From Deltaproteobacteria bacterium (GTDB lineage: Bacteria > Myxococcota > Kuafuiibacteriia > Kuafuiibacteriales > Kuafuiibacteriaceae), in contig JAVJQW010000057.1 in NCBI GenBank assembly GCA_040218735.1, positions 500,005-564,004 of the forward strand: a stretch of 64,000 nt of DNA. Direction: 5' to 3'. Numbering within the stretch: position 1 is the stretch's first letter; each line of letters starts with the position of its first letter. Shown piece after piece: positions 7,976 to 17,321 of this stretch. The notes under the pieces were generated by a model. The model ran no database searches. It had not been told where the DNA came from and saw nothing but the letters and a program-made list of their open reading frames with translations. The translations under genes and the position numbers were made by a program.

Positions 7976-10729
7976 TCATCGCACGACGACGCGGAAGCTG
8001 GCCCAGTCGACCTCGGGACGGTCGACGGACAGCCGGCTCTGCGCCTCGGCGAGCAGCGTGGGGCCATCCCAGACGCCGCGGCGCCGCTGCGCGGCGTACA
8101 GGGCCGTCACGACCACCCGAGCGTCGACGTCGCGCACCGGGCGGACGGACGCGATCACCCAGCGCGCACCCGCCATCAGGAAGGCCTGCGCCAGGCCGAG
8201 GCCGGACACATCCTTGGCCGCGGAAGTCGCCGCCGTCTCGCAGCCCGATAACACCACGTGGTCCGGCACCGACGACAGCGCGAGGATCTCGGCGACGCCG
8301 AGCAGCTCGACGGACGGGTCGCCGAGATGGCTCTCCCAGCCGTCGAGCCCGGCGTAGTGGGCATGCCCCGCGTAGTGCAGCAGCCGAGCGCGGGGCGATC
8401 GCGTCGCCGCTGCGACGGCGCTGCGCGTGGCTTCCGCACCCGAGAGTCGCCGGACGGACCAACCGCCGTCACTCAACGTGCGCTCGACGTGGGCTGCCTC
8501 CTTCGTCGACGTCCGCAGCTTGACGAACGGATCGATGACGATCGCCTCGGCGCCGCGCGGTGTGTCGGAGGACGTTGGCGACTCGACGTCGGCCGGGTAG
8601 GCGACCGGGCGGGAGGCGACCAAAGGCCGCCCGCGCCACGGCAGCGCGTGGAAGTCGACGCGGTTCAGGACGCCGTTCGGGAGCACGTGAACCCTCGCGT
8701 GCCCGTCGAGCACCGCGTCGAAGGGATCGAGGAGCTGGTGAGCCAGCGCGTCCGCCGTCGAACGTTCGACGTCGATCGGTCCGAGGTGACGCGCGATCGA
8801 TCCGGCCGCGGTCGACGCGAACCCCACCCACCCCTGCTCGACGCGGTGGTAGGTCAGCAGGACCACCCCGCGCGGCGGCGGCTCGAGATCTCGATCGGCG
8901 GGCAAGGAGGCGCCGAGCGCGGTGAGCGCATCGTCGATCTGCACGCGCGTCGCCGCCGACCGCCCCTCGCGGCGTTGGATGCGGCGCCGGATGTCGTCGA
9001 CCGGGAGGTCCCAACCGCGATCGTCGGGTCCGTCGTCGACGTGGATGCGACGGTGCTCGGACAGCGCTTCGTACCAGAGTTGACGCGCCTCTTCGGGCGC
9101 GCCGTCGAGGCGCGCCCTCGCGTTCAGCCCGAGCAGCACACGCCTTCGACTGCGTCGCGCCGTGTCCGCGGCGGCCGCGATCTCGTCCTTCTGGATCAGC
9201 AGCTCGATCAACCGCTGGCTGCCGTCCGCGTGCCGGCCGACGAACCCCTCTCGACCACCACCGAGCGGTGCGCGCAGGCTGAGGCGATCGAGGACACGCT
9301 CGCCTTCGCGATAGACCGCGATGGCTTCCTCGATGCGACCCTGTCCTTCGAGGGCACGGCCTCGCCCGACGAGACCGCGGAGGCGGGTCGTCGCATCGCC
9401 GTACCATCGGCCCAGCAGCTCGAGCCGCGCGTACGCGTGCTCGGCCTGTTCATGGTTCGCCTGGGCGAGGGAAAGATCCGCCTGCAAGATCGATTGCAGC
9501 TTTCGTAGCGGAATCGCGGGCTCGGCGAAGGCCGCGCGCGAACGAACGAGGAGATCGCTCGCCGCCTCCAGATCTCCCGCGAGCAGCTCGACGTATCCGA
9601 GCCGCGCGAGGGCGTTCGAACGATGCCGTGGGTTGTCGCAGCGCTCCTCGTACAGCTCGAGGGCCGCGCGCAACGACGCACGTGCCGGCTCGAGCGTTTG
9701 GGTATCGGACAGCCCGGTGGCCAGCCGGCCCAGGATCACCAGCGCCAGCGCACGCCGGCACGTCGGCTGCGTCGGGGTCTCCTCGGCGAGGCGCGCGTAC
9801 AGATCCGCTGCCTCTTCGAACCGCCCGAGGTCGATGAAGGTCTCGACCTGGAGTTCCGCGGCCGCTCGCCAGACCGCTTCGTCACCCATGCGTTCGGCGT
9901 GTTCGAGTGCACGCGCGCCGTAGCGCAGCGCGCGCCGATAGTCGCTGACGCCGACGGCGGCGTAGGCCCGATAGTAGGCGGCGTCCTCGGCGGCCGCCGG
10001 ATAGACGGACGCGCGCGCGTCGACCTCCGCGAGCGTCATACAAACGCGTGCGTAGTCGCCGCGGTTCCTCAGGATGTACGCCAGAGCGAAGCGGTCGTGC
10101 ATCTCGCCCGATACGGATCCCGCGGCCCGGTGTTGGTCGATGCTCCGGGTCAGCCGAACGACCGCCTCGGCGTGGTCACCGCGATCACGTGCCATTCGTC
10201 CGAGGAGCGCATGGGCCTGCGCACGAACGCCTTCGTCAGGATCCTCGGTGAGCGGCAGGAGGATCGCGGCGGCCGCGGCCCGCTCGCCATCGCTCCTCAG
10301 TCTTCGCGCGGCTTCGAGCGCGGGATGGACCTCGTGCCGCTCGAGCCGGAGCGTCCAGCGTTCGGACGAGCCCTGCGGTCCGATGGCCAACGTCGCCGGG
10401 AGGTCCGACGGAGCAACGGGGAGGGACAGCCGAAGGCCACCGGCGGCGGGCGTCGTGTGAAGATCGCGCGGGCGCCCGTCCAGGCTGACGGGCGGAGCCA
10501 CCGCGCCGCCGAGCCAGATGGTGAGCGTCGCACCTGCGGTCAGGAGGCAGCGACCCTCGACCGTGACTTGGTCGCAGCCCTTGAACAACACGCCCGGCCC
10601 GCCGGTCGACGACGCCACGACGCCCGCCGTCACGTCGGTCGCGCCCGTCAGCCGCTCGTGAGCGAGCCACCCACCGACGAGGCAGAACGCGGCGGCGACG
10701 AGACCCCTCAGAGGCCCTCTGGGAAGCAC
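7976..10729 (-). CDS. TPR-CHAT (caspase-like, clan CD) protease with N-terminal signal/TM segment
   Basis: Ala/Arg-rich TPR-like helices; CHAT motifs VLPNGVLNRVDFHALP, LHYAGHA (His), VVLSGCET (Cys), GLAQAFLMAGARWVIAS, WASF. Confidence 0.9.
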   Translation of the reverse strand: MLPRGPLRGLVAAAFCLVGGWLAHERLTGATDVTAGVVASSTGGPGVLFKGCDQVTVEGRCLLTAGATLTIWLGGAVAPPVSLDGRPRDLHTTPAAGGLRLSLPVAPSDLPATLAIGPQGSSERWTLRLERHEVHPALEAARRLRSDGERAAAAAILLPLTEDPDEGVRAQAHALLGRMARDRGDHAEAVVRLTRSIDQHRAAGSVSGEMHDRFALAYILRNRGDYARVCMTLAEVDARASVYPAAAEDAAYYRAYAAVGVSDYRRALRYGARALEHAERMGDEAVWRAAAELQVETFIDLGRFEEAADLYARLAEETPTQPTCRRALALVILGRLATGLSDTQTLEPARASLRAALELYEERCDNPRHRSNALARLGYVELLAGDLEAASDLLVRSRAAFAEPAIPLRKLQSILQADLSLAQANHEQAEHAYARLELLGRWYGDATTRLRGLVGRGRALEGQGRIEEAIAVYREGERVLDRLSLRAPLGGGREGFVGRHADGSQRLIELLIQKDEIAAAADTARRSRRRVLLGLNARARLDGAPEEARQLWYEALSEHRRIHVDDGPDDRGWDLPVDDIRRRIQRREGRSAATRVQIDDALTALGASLPADRDLEPPPRGVVLLTYHRVEQGWVGFASTAAGSIARHLGPIDVERSTADALAHQLLDPFDAVLDGHARVHVLPNGVLNRVDFHALPWRGRPLVASRPVAYPADVESPTSSDTPRGAEAIVIDPFVKLRTSTKEAAHVERTLSDGGWSVRRLSGAEATRSAVAAATRSPRARLLHYAGHAHYAGLDGWESHLGDPSVELLGVAEILALSSVPDHVVLSGCETAATSAAKDVSGLGLAQAFLMAGARWVIASVRPVRDVDARVVVTALYAAQRRRGVWDGPTLLAEAQSRLSVDRPEVDWASFRVVVR

Positions 10730-11382
10730 TGTTGGTCGTCCGCCTCCATCGAGTACCCCTCACAGATCGGATTCGCCGACGCGTGGTTGTACGTCTGAGC
10801 GAGACAAGCGCAGACGTAGGTCACAATGCAATGGGGGCAGGACCCATAACCATCGAAGAGCTGATTGGCGTGTTCGATGTCGCAGCGGAGGAAGCGATCT
10901 CCGGCGACCACCTTCGCTTTGAATGCGTTCGACTCGAGGATGTGTTCGACGGCTTGCCATCCCTCTTCGCCCAGCGTCGTGAAGAACAAGGCGTGCTCGG
11001 CGACGGCTTCGGGATCCGCGAAATCGTGGAACGTCTGCAAGGGCTGTCCTTCGTCGCCGAGGAGGGTGAGTTCCTCGAGCTCGACGGGCTCACCGATATC
11101 CGAAAAATCCTTCACCATGACGAGGATGTCGAATTCGTCATAGTAGATCGTACAGGAGCCCTCCCCTTCCACCGGAGTTTCACCTTCGTCCCCGTCGTTC
11201 CAATCCTCGAGGCCAAAAGGAGGATTGGACACCGCGTCGTGGTCTTCGTAGTCGTCGGACGGGTCCGACGCCTCGGCACTACTCGCCGACGTGACCTCCG
11301 CCGTCTTTGCTGGCGCGCCGCCGTCGCAAGAGACCACACCCACCACCGTGCACATCGCTACGATTCGTTCGATTCGATTCAT
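10708..11382 (-). CDS. Acidic lipoprotein with Cys-rich C-terminus
   Basis: GAAGGAG upstream of ATG; lipobox-like VVSC; C-terminal CPHC...CAC...C...C; overlaps the CHAT start. Confidence 0.75.
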   Translation of the reverse strand: MNRIERIVAMCTVVGVVSCDGGAPAKTAEVTSASSAEASDPSDDYEDHDAVSNPPFGLEDWNDGDEGETPVEGEGSCTIYYDEFDILVMVKDFSDIGEPVELEELTLLGDEGQPLQTFHDFADPEAVAEHALFFTTLGEEGWQAVEHILESNAFKAKVVAGDRFLRCDIEHANQLFDGYGSCPHCIVTYVCACLAQTYNHASANPICEGYSMEADDQQCFPEGL

Positions 11383-11503
11383 CTCTCTACTCCTTCTGAG
11401 ATCGTGTCACGTCCTCGGTCCGCATTGATAACTATGATGGGAGGACGACACTTCTTGCGCGGCGCCGATCAGGAAAACTCGCCGGGTCGCGACGCTCGTC
11501 AGG

Positions 11504-12256
11504 TCATCGATCGTCGACGACGACGACGACGCGCGCGGCTTCCCAACCGTCCCCGGTCGCACGAGGTGTGCGGGCCGTCAGCCACGCGGCCAGCGCCTCT
11601 TCTCGCGGCGCCTCGCCGGGTCGATGCACGACGAGCACGAGCACCGCTTCGTCGGTTTCGACTTCGACCAGCCGTCCGACCGAACCGACGAATCTCGCGG
11701 CGCCCGTCGGCGAGACCTCGAGTCGACCTTCGACGGGATGTAGCCGACCGTCACGCACCGCATACACACGCGCCTCGACGGTACTCGACACGCGCGTCGC
11801 CGGCCGCAGGACGACTTCGAGTGGCGCATCGGGCGCAAGCCTTCCTGCAGACCGTGCAATCGCGTCCCCGCGGTAGGTGTCATCGCCCACGTGGACCTCG
11901 ACCTCGTACGCGGGCAGCGGCGACGTTCGGAGGACGAAGGGCAGGACGGCCGCCGCGGTCGCCAGGACCGCGACCGCGAGCCACGGTCCGCGAATCACGG
12001 GCGCCCGTATCGGCGAGGGCGCATCGGCGAGGGCGTCCCGCGCGATGTCGTCCAACCGGTCGACGTCCGCGGTGGAGAGCGGCTGGTAGGCGACGAGGCG
12101 ACGAGCGAGCTCCGGATCGCGCTCCGCCTCGCGCTCGAGCTCGAGACGCTCGGCCGCCGAGGACGTCCCATCGGCGAGCGCCTCGAGCCGGGGGTCGACG
12201 TCGTCCTCGGCATCCATCGACGAGGCGATACGGTCAAGGAGGCGATCGTCAGCCAA
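11504..12256 (-). CDS. Putative membrane anti-sigma factor (paralog 2)
   Basis: Overlaps the sigma stop; same architecture and motifs as paralog 1 (LPAY, RG, EVSPxG, RPG, GDGW). Confidence 0.75.
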   Translation of the reverse strand: MADDRLLDRIASSMDAEDDVDPRLEALADGTSSAAERLELEREAERDPELARRLVAYQPLSTADVDRLDDIARDALADAPSPIRAPVIRGPWLAVAVLATAAAVLPFVLRTSPLPAYEVEVHVGDDTYRGDAIARSAGRLAPDAPLEVVLRPATRVSSTVEARVYAVRDGRLHPVEGRLEVSPTGAARFVGSVGRLVEVETDEAVLVLVVHRPGEAPREEALAAWLTARTPRATGDGWEAARVVVVVDDR

Positions 12257-12872
12257 CGCGTTCCTCCTCGTGATCGAGCTCCACCGCGACGTCGGCGACC
12301 ATTCGCCGCAACCTCGAACGCCACACGTAGATGGCCCCCGGCGTGGTACGGGCGCGTTCCGCGATGCGGTCGACCGGCTGCTGCTCGATGTACAGCCATC
12401 GGAAGTACTGCATGCCGAGCGGGCTGAGTCGTTCGCGCAAGCGTTCGGCGAGGACCGCGATCAGGTTCCGTGACTCGAGCCGTGCTTCGACCGCGCGCAG
12501 GTCGGGGACGTCCGCGAACACTTCGTCGTCGGCGAGCGTCGGATCCTCGGTCCACGGGTTGCGCTTCGCGGACCGGAGCAACGACAGGGCTTCCCTCTCG
12601 GCGACGAGACCCACGAAGTTCTCGAACGACAGACCTCGGGCGGGGTCCCAGCTCCTCAGGACGCGAGCGTCGGACGCAAAACACGATGCGAAGACGTCCT
12701 GGACGACGTCCTCCACGACCTGCCGCAGGTCGCGCGCCTGCGCCGCCGGACGCTTCCGCGCGACGATGCCCGCGACGCGCCTGTGGACGATCGGCGCCAT
12801 CGACTCGACGAGACGGCGTCGCATCCCGGCGTCGCCGGCCAGCGCGTCCGCGACCGTCTCGCGGTCCGTCAT
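12249..12872 (-). CDS. ECF RNA polymerase sigma-70 family factor (paralog 2)
   Basis: VEDVVQDVFASCF, WDPARGLSFENFVGL, RNPWTEDPTL shared with paralog 1, AIYVWRSRL. Confidence 0.85.
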   Translation of the reverse strand: MTDRETVADALAGDAGMRRRLVESMAPIVHRRVAGIVARKRPAAQARDLRQVVEDVVQDVFASCFASDARVLRSWDPARGLSFENFVGLVAEREALSLLRSAKRNPWTEDPTLADDEVFADVPDLRAVEARLESRNLIAVLAERLRERLSPLGMQYFRWLYIEQQPVDRIAERARTTPGAIYVWRSRLRRMVADVAVELDHEEERVG

Positions 12873-13004
12873 GCGTCGGGCGGCGTCCGGACGGCGGCGC
12901 GCCTGCGCTCGCACCGGCCGAGACACCGGACGCACCATTGTCGAATCGACCACTCCGAGCTCCTCGGACCGCGCCCCCACGGGGGACATCGGCGCTTGAT
13001 TCGA

Positions 13005-13033
13005 ACTTCTACGCGACCCCCTCCGGATCTTAC
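13005..13033 (-). promoter_or_regulatory. Putative ECF (autoregulatory) promoter GTAAGA-N17-AGAAGT
   Basis: 12-mer TCTGTAAGATCC is identical to the one at 14912-14923; upstream of sigma paralog 2. Confidence 0.5.
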
Positions 13034-13073
13034 AGAGCGCGTGTCGAATGGGACGAATCCCACCGTCGCGGCC

Positions 13074-14792
13074 TCAACAGGGGCCCAAGACCTCGATCTT
13101 CACGTCGTCGATGCGGAAGTGCGTGCTGTCGCCCGCCGCGACGAACTTGAGCACGCGGAAGTCGCCACCGGTCTGCCAGAAGGCCGCGCCCGTCGCGACC
13201 GGAACGCCGTCGACGGTGAAGTCATAGGTTTCGGCGCTCATATCGAGGACGACCTCGAAATCCTGCCAGACGCCCGCCGCGTAGTTCGGTCCCAGGTTGG
13301 TCGAAGTGCCCGTGTGGTAAATGAGCTGCCCGCCGACGGAATAGGTGATGAGGAAGAAATTCTTGTACGTGTTCGATTGACTCGAGACGTTGAACCCGAA
13401 CTTGTCGGTCTGCTCCGCAACCGAACGCCACGTCACGCGAATCTTCGCCGTCCCGAGGGAGGAACAGCTGGCGGCGAAGGCGTCGATACGCGGCCACGAT
13501 CCCGGGGCCGAAGCGCGATTGAATCGTACGTTCTGCGTAACGTTTCCGCCGTAGCTGGTGTCGACGAGGATGGACTGCGTTGGATCCGACGGGTGCGTCG
13601 CGAACACCCCCAGCGAGTCGCCGACGGGTGCCCCGGCCGGACTCGCGAGCGGGGCCATTCCCACGGTGTCGGCTTCGAAGTCGCTGTTGAAGACCACCGT
13701 TGCGCTCGCGCTCGGCTGCAGCAGTACACTGACGTCATCGTCGAGGAAGTTGGCGACGGCGATGTCCGTAGCGAGGTCGCCATCGAAGTCGCCCTGGGCG
13801 ATCGAGTCCGGAGCGTCACCGACGGCGATTCTCGGCGAAGCGTTGAAGGTCGCGCCCGTACCGATGAAGATCGACAGGTCGTCATCGAAGTTGTTGGCCA
13901 CGACGATGTCGGCAAATCCGTCGTTGTTGATGTCAGCCGCGACCGCGACGTTCGGGTTGTTGCCGACCGGAAACTTGGTTGGGGCCTGGAAGGTTCCGTT
14001 GCCGTTGCCCAGGTGGACGCCGACCTCCGAGTTCGCGTTGTCGAGCGACAGTAGGTCGAGCAGACCATCACCATCGAAGTCGGAGAGGTCGATGGACCGG
14101 TCACCACTGTCGGCCGCTGTGACCGGGGCAGCAAACGTGAGGGGGCCGGTGGCCAGACTGACGGTGATGTCGAAGCGCTCCCGCCACAGCAGGTCGGTCA
14201 GGCCGTCCTGGTCGACGTCTGCGGCGACGAGCACGCGAACGCCATCGATGGTGTTGAACACCGTTGGCGCTCCAAGGGCCCCGGTGCCCAGGTTCGGGTG
14301 GATCTCGATCGCGCCGCTGAGGAGGTTGAGTCCGACCGCGACGTCGAGCGTGCCGTCCTGGTCGAAGTCGGCCAATGCAATCGACGTCGGCATCATCGTC
14401 ACGGCGGTCACCGTGGGGGCACCGAACGCCCCTGCGCCGTTGTTGAGCATGACGCCGAACTGCCTGCCGAAGTTGCTGGCGACGACGGCATCGAGATCCC
14501 CGTCCCCGTCCATGTCGCCGAGCGCGATGGCGGTTGGGTCGTTGAAGACCGCGAAGTGAACGGCGGGCGCCATGTTGCCACTTCCATCCGAGAGCAGGAC
14601 GCTCAAGTCGTTCGTGGCTCGGTTCACGGTGACGAGGTCGATGTCGCCGTCGCCGTCCAGGTCACCGGCCTGCACTTGGTTCGGAGCGCCGCCGACGGGG
14701 AAGTCGACGGGCGGATTCAGCTGGGCCCGAACGGGTTTGGTGGGAATGAGGATGGCCAACGGTAGGGCGGCCATGAGGATGTAATTTCGCAT
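13074..14792 (-). CDS. Secreted FG-GAP/VCBS repeat (beta-propeller) protein with C-terminal beta-sandwich domain
   Basis: Signal peptide; seven GDxDGDGxxD-type repeats. Confidence 0.9.
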   Translation of the reverse strand: MRNYILMAALPLAILIPTKPVRAQLNPPVDFPVGGAPNQVQAGDLDGDGDIDLVTVNRATNDLSVLLSDGSGNMAPAVHFAVFNDPTAIALGDMDGDGDLDAVVASNFGRQFGVMLNNGAGAFGAPTVTAVTMMPTSIALADFDQDGTLDVAVGLNLLSGAIEIHPNLGTGALGAPTVFNTIDGVRVLVAADVDQDGLTDLLWRERFDITVSLATGPLTFAAPVTAADSGDRSIDLSDFDGDGLLDLLSLDNANSEVGVHLGNGNGTFQAPTKFPVGNNPNVAVAADINNDGFADIVVANNFDDDLSIFIGTGATFNASPRIAVGDAPDSIAQGDFDGDLATDIAVANFLDDDVSVLLQPSASATVVFNSDFEADTVGMAPLASPAGAPVGDSLGVFATHPSDPTQSILVDTSYGGNVTQNVRFNRASAPGSWPRIDAFAASCSSLGTAKIRVTWRSVAEQTDKFGFNVSSQSNTYKNFFLITYSVGGQLIYHTGTSTNLGPNYAAGVWQDFEVVLDMSAETYDFTVDGVPVATGAAFWQTGGDFRVLKFVAAGDSTHFRIDDVKIEVLGPC

Positions 14793-14891
14793 CTTATCCC
14801 TTCAGAAGGTCGACAGGAGAGTCCACGGAGCTGCACGGCGGTTCGTCGTCCAGGACGAGCCTGGACGTTTCGAGTGGCCGGTCGACTTGGA

Positions 14892-14920
14892 TATTCGCGC
14901 TGGGCCCTTGTGGATCTTAC
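14892..14920 (-). promoter_or_regulatory. Putative ECF-sigma promoter GTAAGA-N17-CGAATA
   Basis: Matches the motif at 5933-5961; about 100 nt upstream of the FG-GAP gene. Confidence 0.55.
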
Positions 14921-15130
14921 AGACGCCCGTGGTCCGCTTCTCGATAGCAGCACGATGCGAACCGTGCGGCCCCTCACCCCGCGGCCTTCGAGCTGAGCGG
15001 CAACCGGTGGGTCGGCATGGATCCCGACCGAGGGCGTGCCGTGCCCTCTGGGGATCACTCAGCGAGCGGCAACTCGAGTTGGCGGTTCAGGGAGCCAGAG
15101 GCGGTCGAGCAACGTAGCGCGCGTCGTCGT

Positions 15131-15799
15131 TCAGCGATCGTCGTCGAAGCGCGCGAAGAACGCGTTGCCCAGCGGTCGGTGCATGCGCTCGCGGCCCTGC
15201 GCGCCGCGTTCGTTTTTCTCGGCGACGGGGTTCGCGGGGCGGTCCTGCGGCTCCAGCTTCGCGCGCGCCGGGCGCACGACGCCGGTCGGGGCGTCGACCA
15301 CCGCGAAGCGCCCGTCTCCCAACCAGGACGCCCAGCTCTCGAGCCGGTCGTTGAGTTGGTGACCGATGACGACGAACGTCGTGCCTGCGTCGCGCCACTT
15401 CGAGAGCAGAGCGCGCGCCTTGGCCTGGTAGAGATCGACCGGCTGCACCGGCGCGGCCGTGCTGCCCGCCTCGTCGATCACGACGAAGCGTGGTGCCGTC
15501 TCGCCGAAGCGTTCGAGGAGCTGAGAGTAGCTGCTCCACGTCGCGGAGCGATCGGCCTGGGCGACCGGCGCGTTGGTGTTGAGGATCGCCGCCGAGGTGT
15601 GTGCGGTCGAGGCGCCGCTCGGGTCCAAGACACGGAGCGCGGCCATCGCCGCTTGTGTCTTACCGGAGTAGCTCGGGCCCACGATCGCCGCCGCGGCCCC
15701 GTCCGTGAGCGCCTCGGCCAAGGCCTCGCCGGTCGCCTGGGCTCGTGGGTCGAGCTGGGCGCTGACCTTCTTCGACGGCAGCGGAGCGACCATCCACAT
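15131..15799 (-). CDS. Small stand-alone P-loop NTPase
   Basis: Walker A GPSYSGKT; Walker B FVVIDE. Confidence 0.6.
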   Translation of the reverse strand: MWMVAPLPSKKVSAQLDPRAQATGEALAEALTDGAAAAIVGPSYSGKTQAAMAALRVLDPSGASTAHTSAAILNTNAPVAQADRSATWSSYSQLLERFGETAPRFVVIDEAGSTAAPVQPVDLYQAKARALLSKWRDAGTTFVVIGHQLNDRLESWASWLGDGRFAVVDAPTGVVRPARAKLEPQDRPANPVAEKNERGAQGRERMHRPLGNAFFARFDDDR

Positions 15800-15891
15800 T
15801 CAGGGTACCGAACTGTCGCCACCTCCCGAACCAAAAAGCCGTCCGGCCGTACGATTGCCGGGGCAACGACGCGCGCGGTACCCCCGACCTG

Positions 15892-17241
15892 ATGAAGATC
15901 CCGCCGCCCCCCGACATCGAGAAGGGCCTCCGCGTCCTCGGCGAAGTCTACGAGGAGATCGACCGCCAGATCGGCGCCGAAGAGGGCACGCGGGACGACA
16001 AGGTCTCCGACCACGAGGTCGCCAAGTTCCTCGCCCAGCGCGGCGGCGCGAGCGACGCCGCGGGCGCGGCGCTCGCGACCTTCTCCGCGTACATGCGGCA
16101 CGTCGCCGCCTCGTCCGACGTCCCGGTCGACGACATCAAACGCACGCTCGGCGACGTGCAACGCTTCGTGGATCGCGACCGCGACGCCGACCTCGACGTC
16201 GCCGACATGAAACCCACCTGGCGCGCGCTCACCTTGTTCGCCGCGGAGGTGAAGTCCAAGGGGCTGTCCGCCGAGGCCATCGTCTCGGACCGCTCCGGCC
16301 GACCGATCGGCGACGTCGTAGCGCTCGCAAAGGGCCTCTCCCAGATGAGTCAGGTGTTCGCTGCGATCGGCGACGTGCACGGTCAGGGCGAAATCACCGT
16401 CGACGCGATCAAGGCCTACCTCGCCGCCGGGCCTGACGTCGTCGCCACGAGCAAGTCCGCCGTCCGCCGCGTCACGCGGCTCCTCGAACATCGCACCGGC
16501 GGCACCTCGTTCAAGCAGGCCGACGTCGACGCGGTGATGAACGACGCGCTCTCCGCCTACAAGAAGAACGCGAACGGCCCGGACGATCGCAAACGTCTCG
16601 CCCGCACCTGGCAGTCACTCGCCGCCTTCGCGGACGAAAACGCCGTGCGCAACAAGACGCCGGAGACGATCGTCGGTACGGCCGCCACACCCGCGGCACC
16701 CGCCACACCGGCGGCCGGCGGGCCGCGCGCGGCCGACGTCGCTGCGTTCACCGCGCTGTCCACGGACACCAAGGCGGAGATCCTCGAGGACTACGGCAAC
16801 CTCTTCGACTACTACGTCGCGTCCGGCGAAGTCGCGCCCGACACCCTCGACGGCCCGCGTCTCGCCTTCGCGAAGGCGATGGAGCGCGAGCTGATCTCGA
16901 TCGTCGGAGACTTCGAAGAGGACAGCGGCGTGTACGGGACGATCGGCTCCCCGCGCGTGCGCGTCGAAGTCATCGAGCTCCCGAGCGGCGAAGTCGTGGG
17001 CGGACGCATCTGGATGCACCAGGACGGCTTCAACTCCGAGTCGGGCCCGACGGACGCCAACGGCGATCGCTACTATCACTTCGACACCGCCAACGAAGCC
17101 GAGGCTGCCGGCGCGGATCCGCACGAGGACATCAACTGGCAGGTGCACGGCCTCTTCGAAGTCGCGCCGGGCGGCGGCGCCGTGCAGCTCGGTGGCTCGT
17201 ACGAACACGTCAGCGACTACTGGGAGTGGTCCGGGCACTAA
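15892..17241 (+). CDS. Hypothetical protein with two tandem helical repeats and an acidic C-terminal domain
   Basis: Strong GC3 codon bias; repeated KGL...TW(R/Q)xLxxFA...xExIV units. Confidence 0.75.
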   Translation: MKIPPPPDIEKGLRVLGEVYEEIDRQIGAEEGTRDDKVSDHEVAKFLAQRGGASDAAGAALATFSAYMRHVAASSDVPVDDIKRTLGDVQRFVDRDRDADLDVADMKPTWRALTLFAAEVKSKGLSAEAIVSDRSGRPIGDVVALAKGLSQMSQVFAAIGDVHGQGEITVDAIKAYLAAGPDVVATSKSAVRRVTRLLEHRTGGTSFKQADVDAVMNDALSAYKKNANGPDDRKRLARTWQSLAAFADENAVRNKTPETIVGTAATPAAPATPAAGGPRAADVAAFTALSTDTKAEILEDYGNLFDYYVASGEVAPDTLDGPRLAFAKAMERELISIVGDFEEDSGVYGTIGSPRVRVEVIELPSGEVVGGRIWMHQDGFNSESGPTDANGDRYYHFDTANEAEAAGADPHEDINWQVHGLFEVAPGGGAVQLGGSYEHVSDYWEWSGH

Positions 17242-17321
17242 GCGCCTCCAGCTCCGATCAGATCGTGAGCGCCGCCACCGCTTTGCGCTCGGTGCCACAC
17301 CTTTGCTTTGTTCCTCGCTCG

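Noticed and set aside
7976-10729. TPR-CHAT as a type III-E CRISPR Csx29
   Set aside because: No Cas7-11, Csx30/Csx31 or array nearby, and the protein has a signal/TM segment.
14925-15130. Possible ncRNA in the intergenic gap
   Set aside because: Only short GC hairpins, with no recognisable tRNA or riboswitch pattern.
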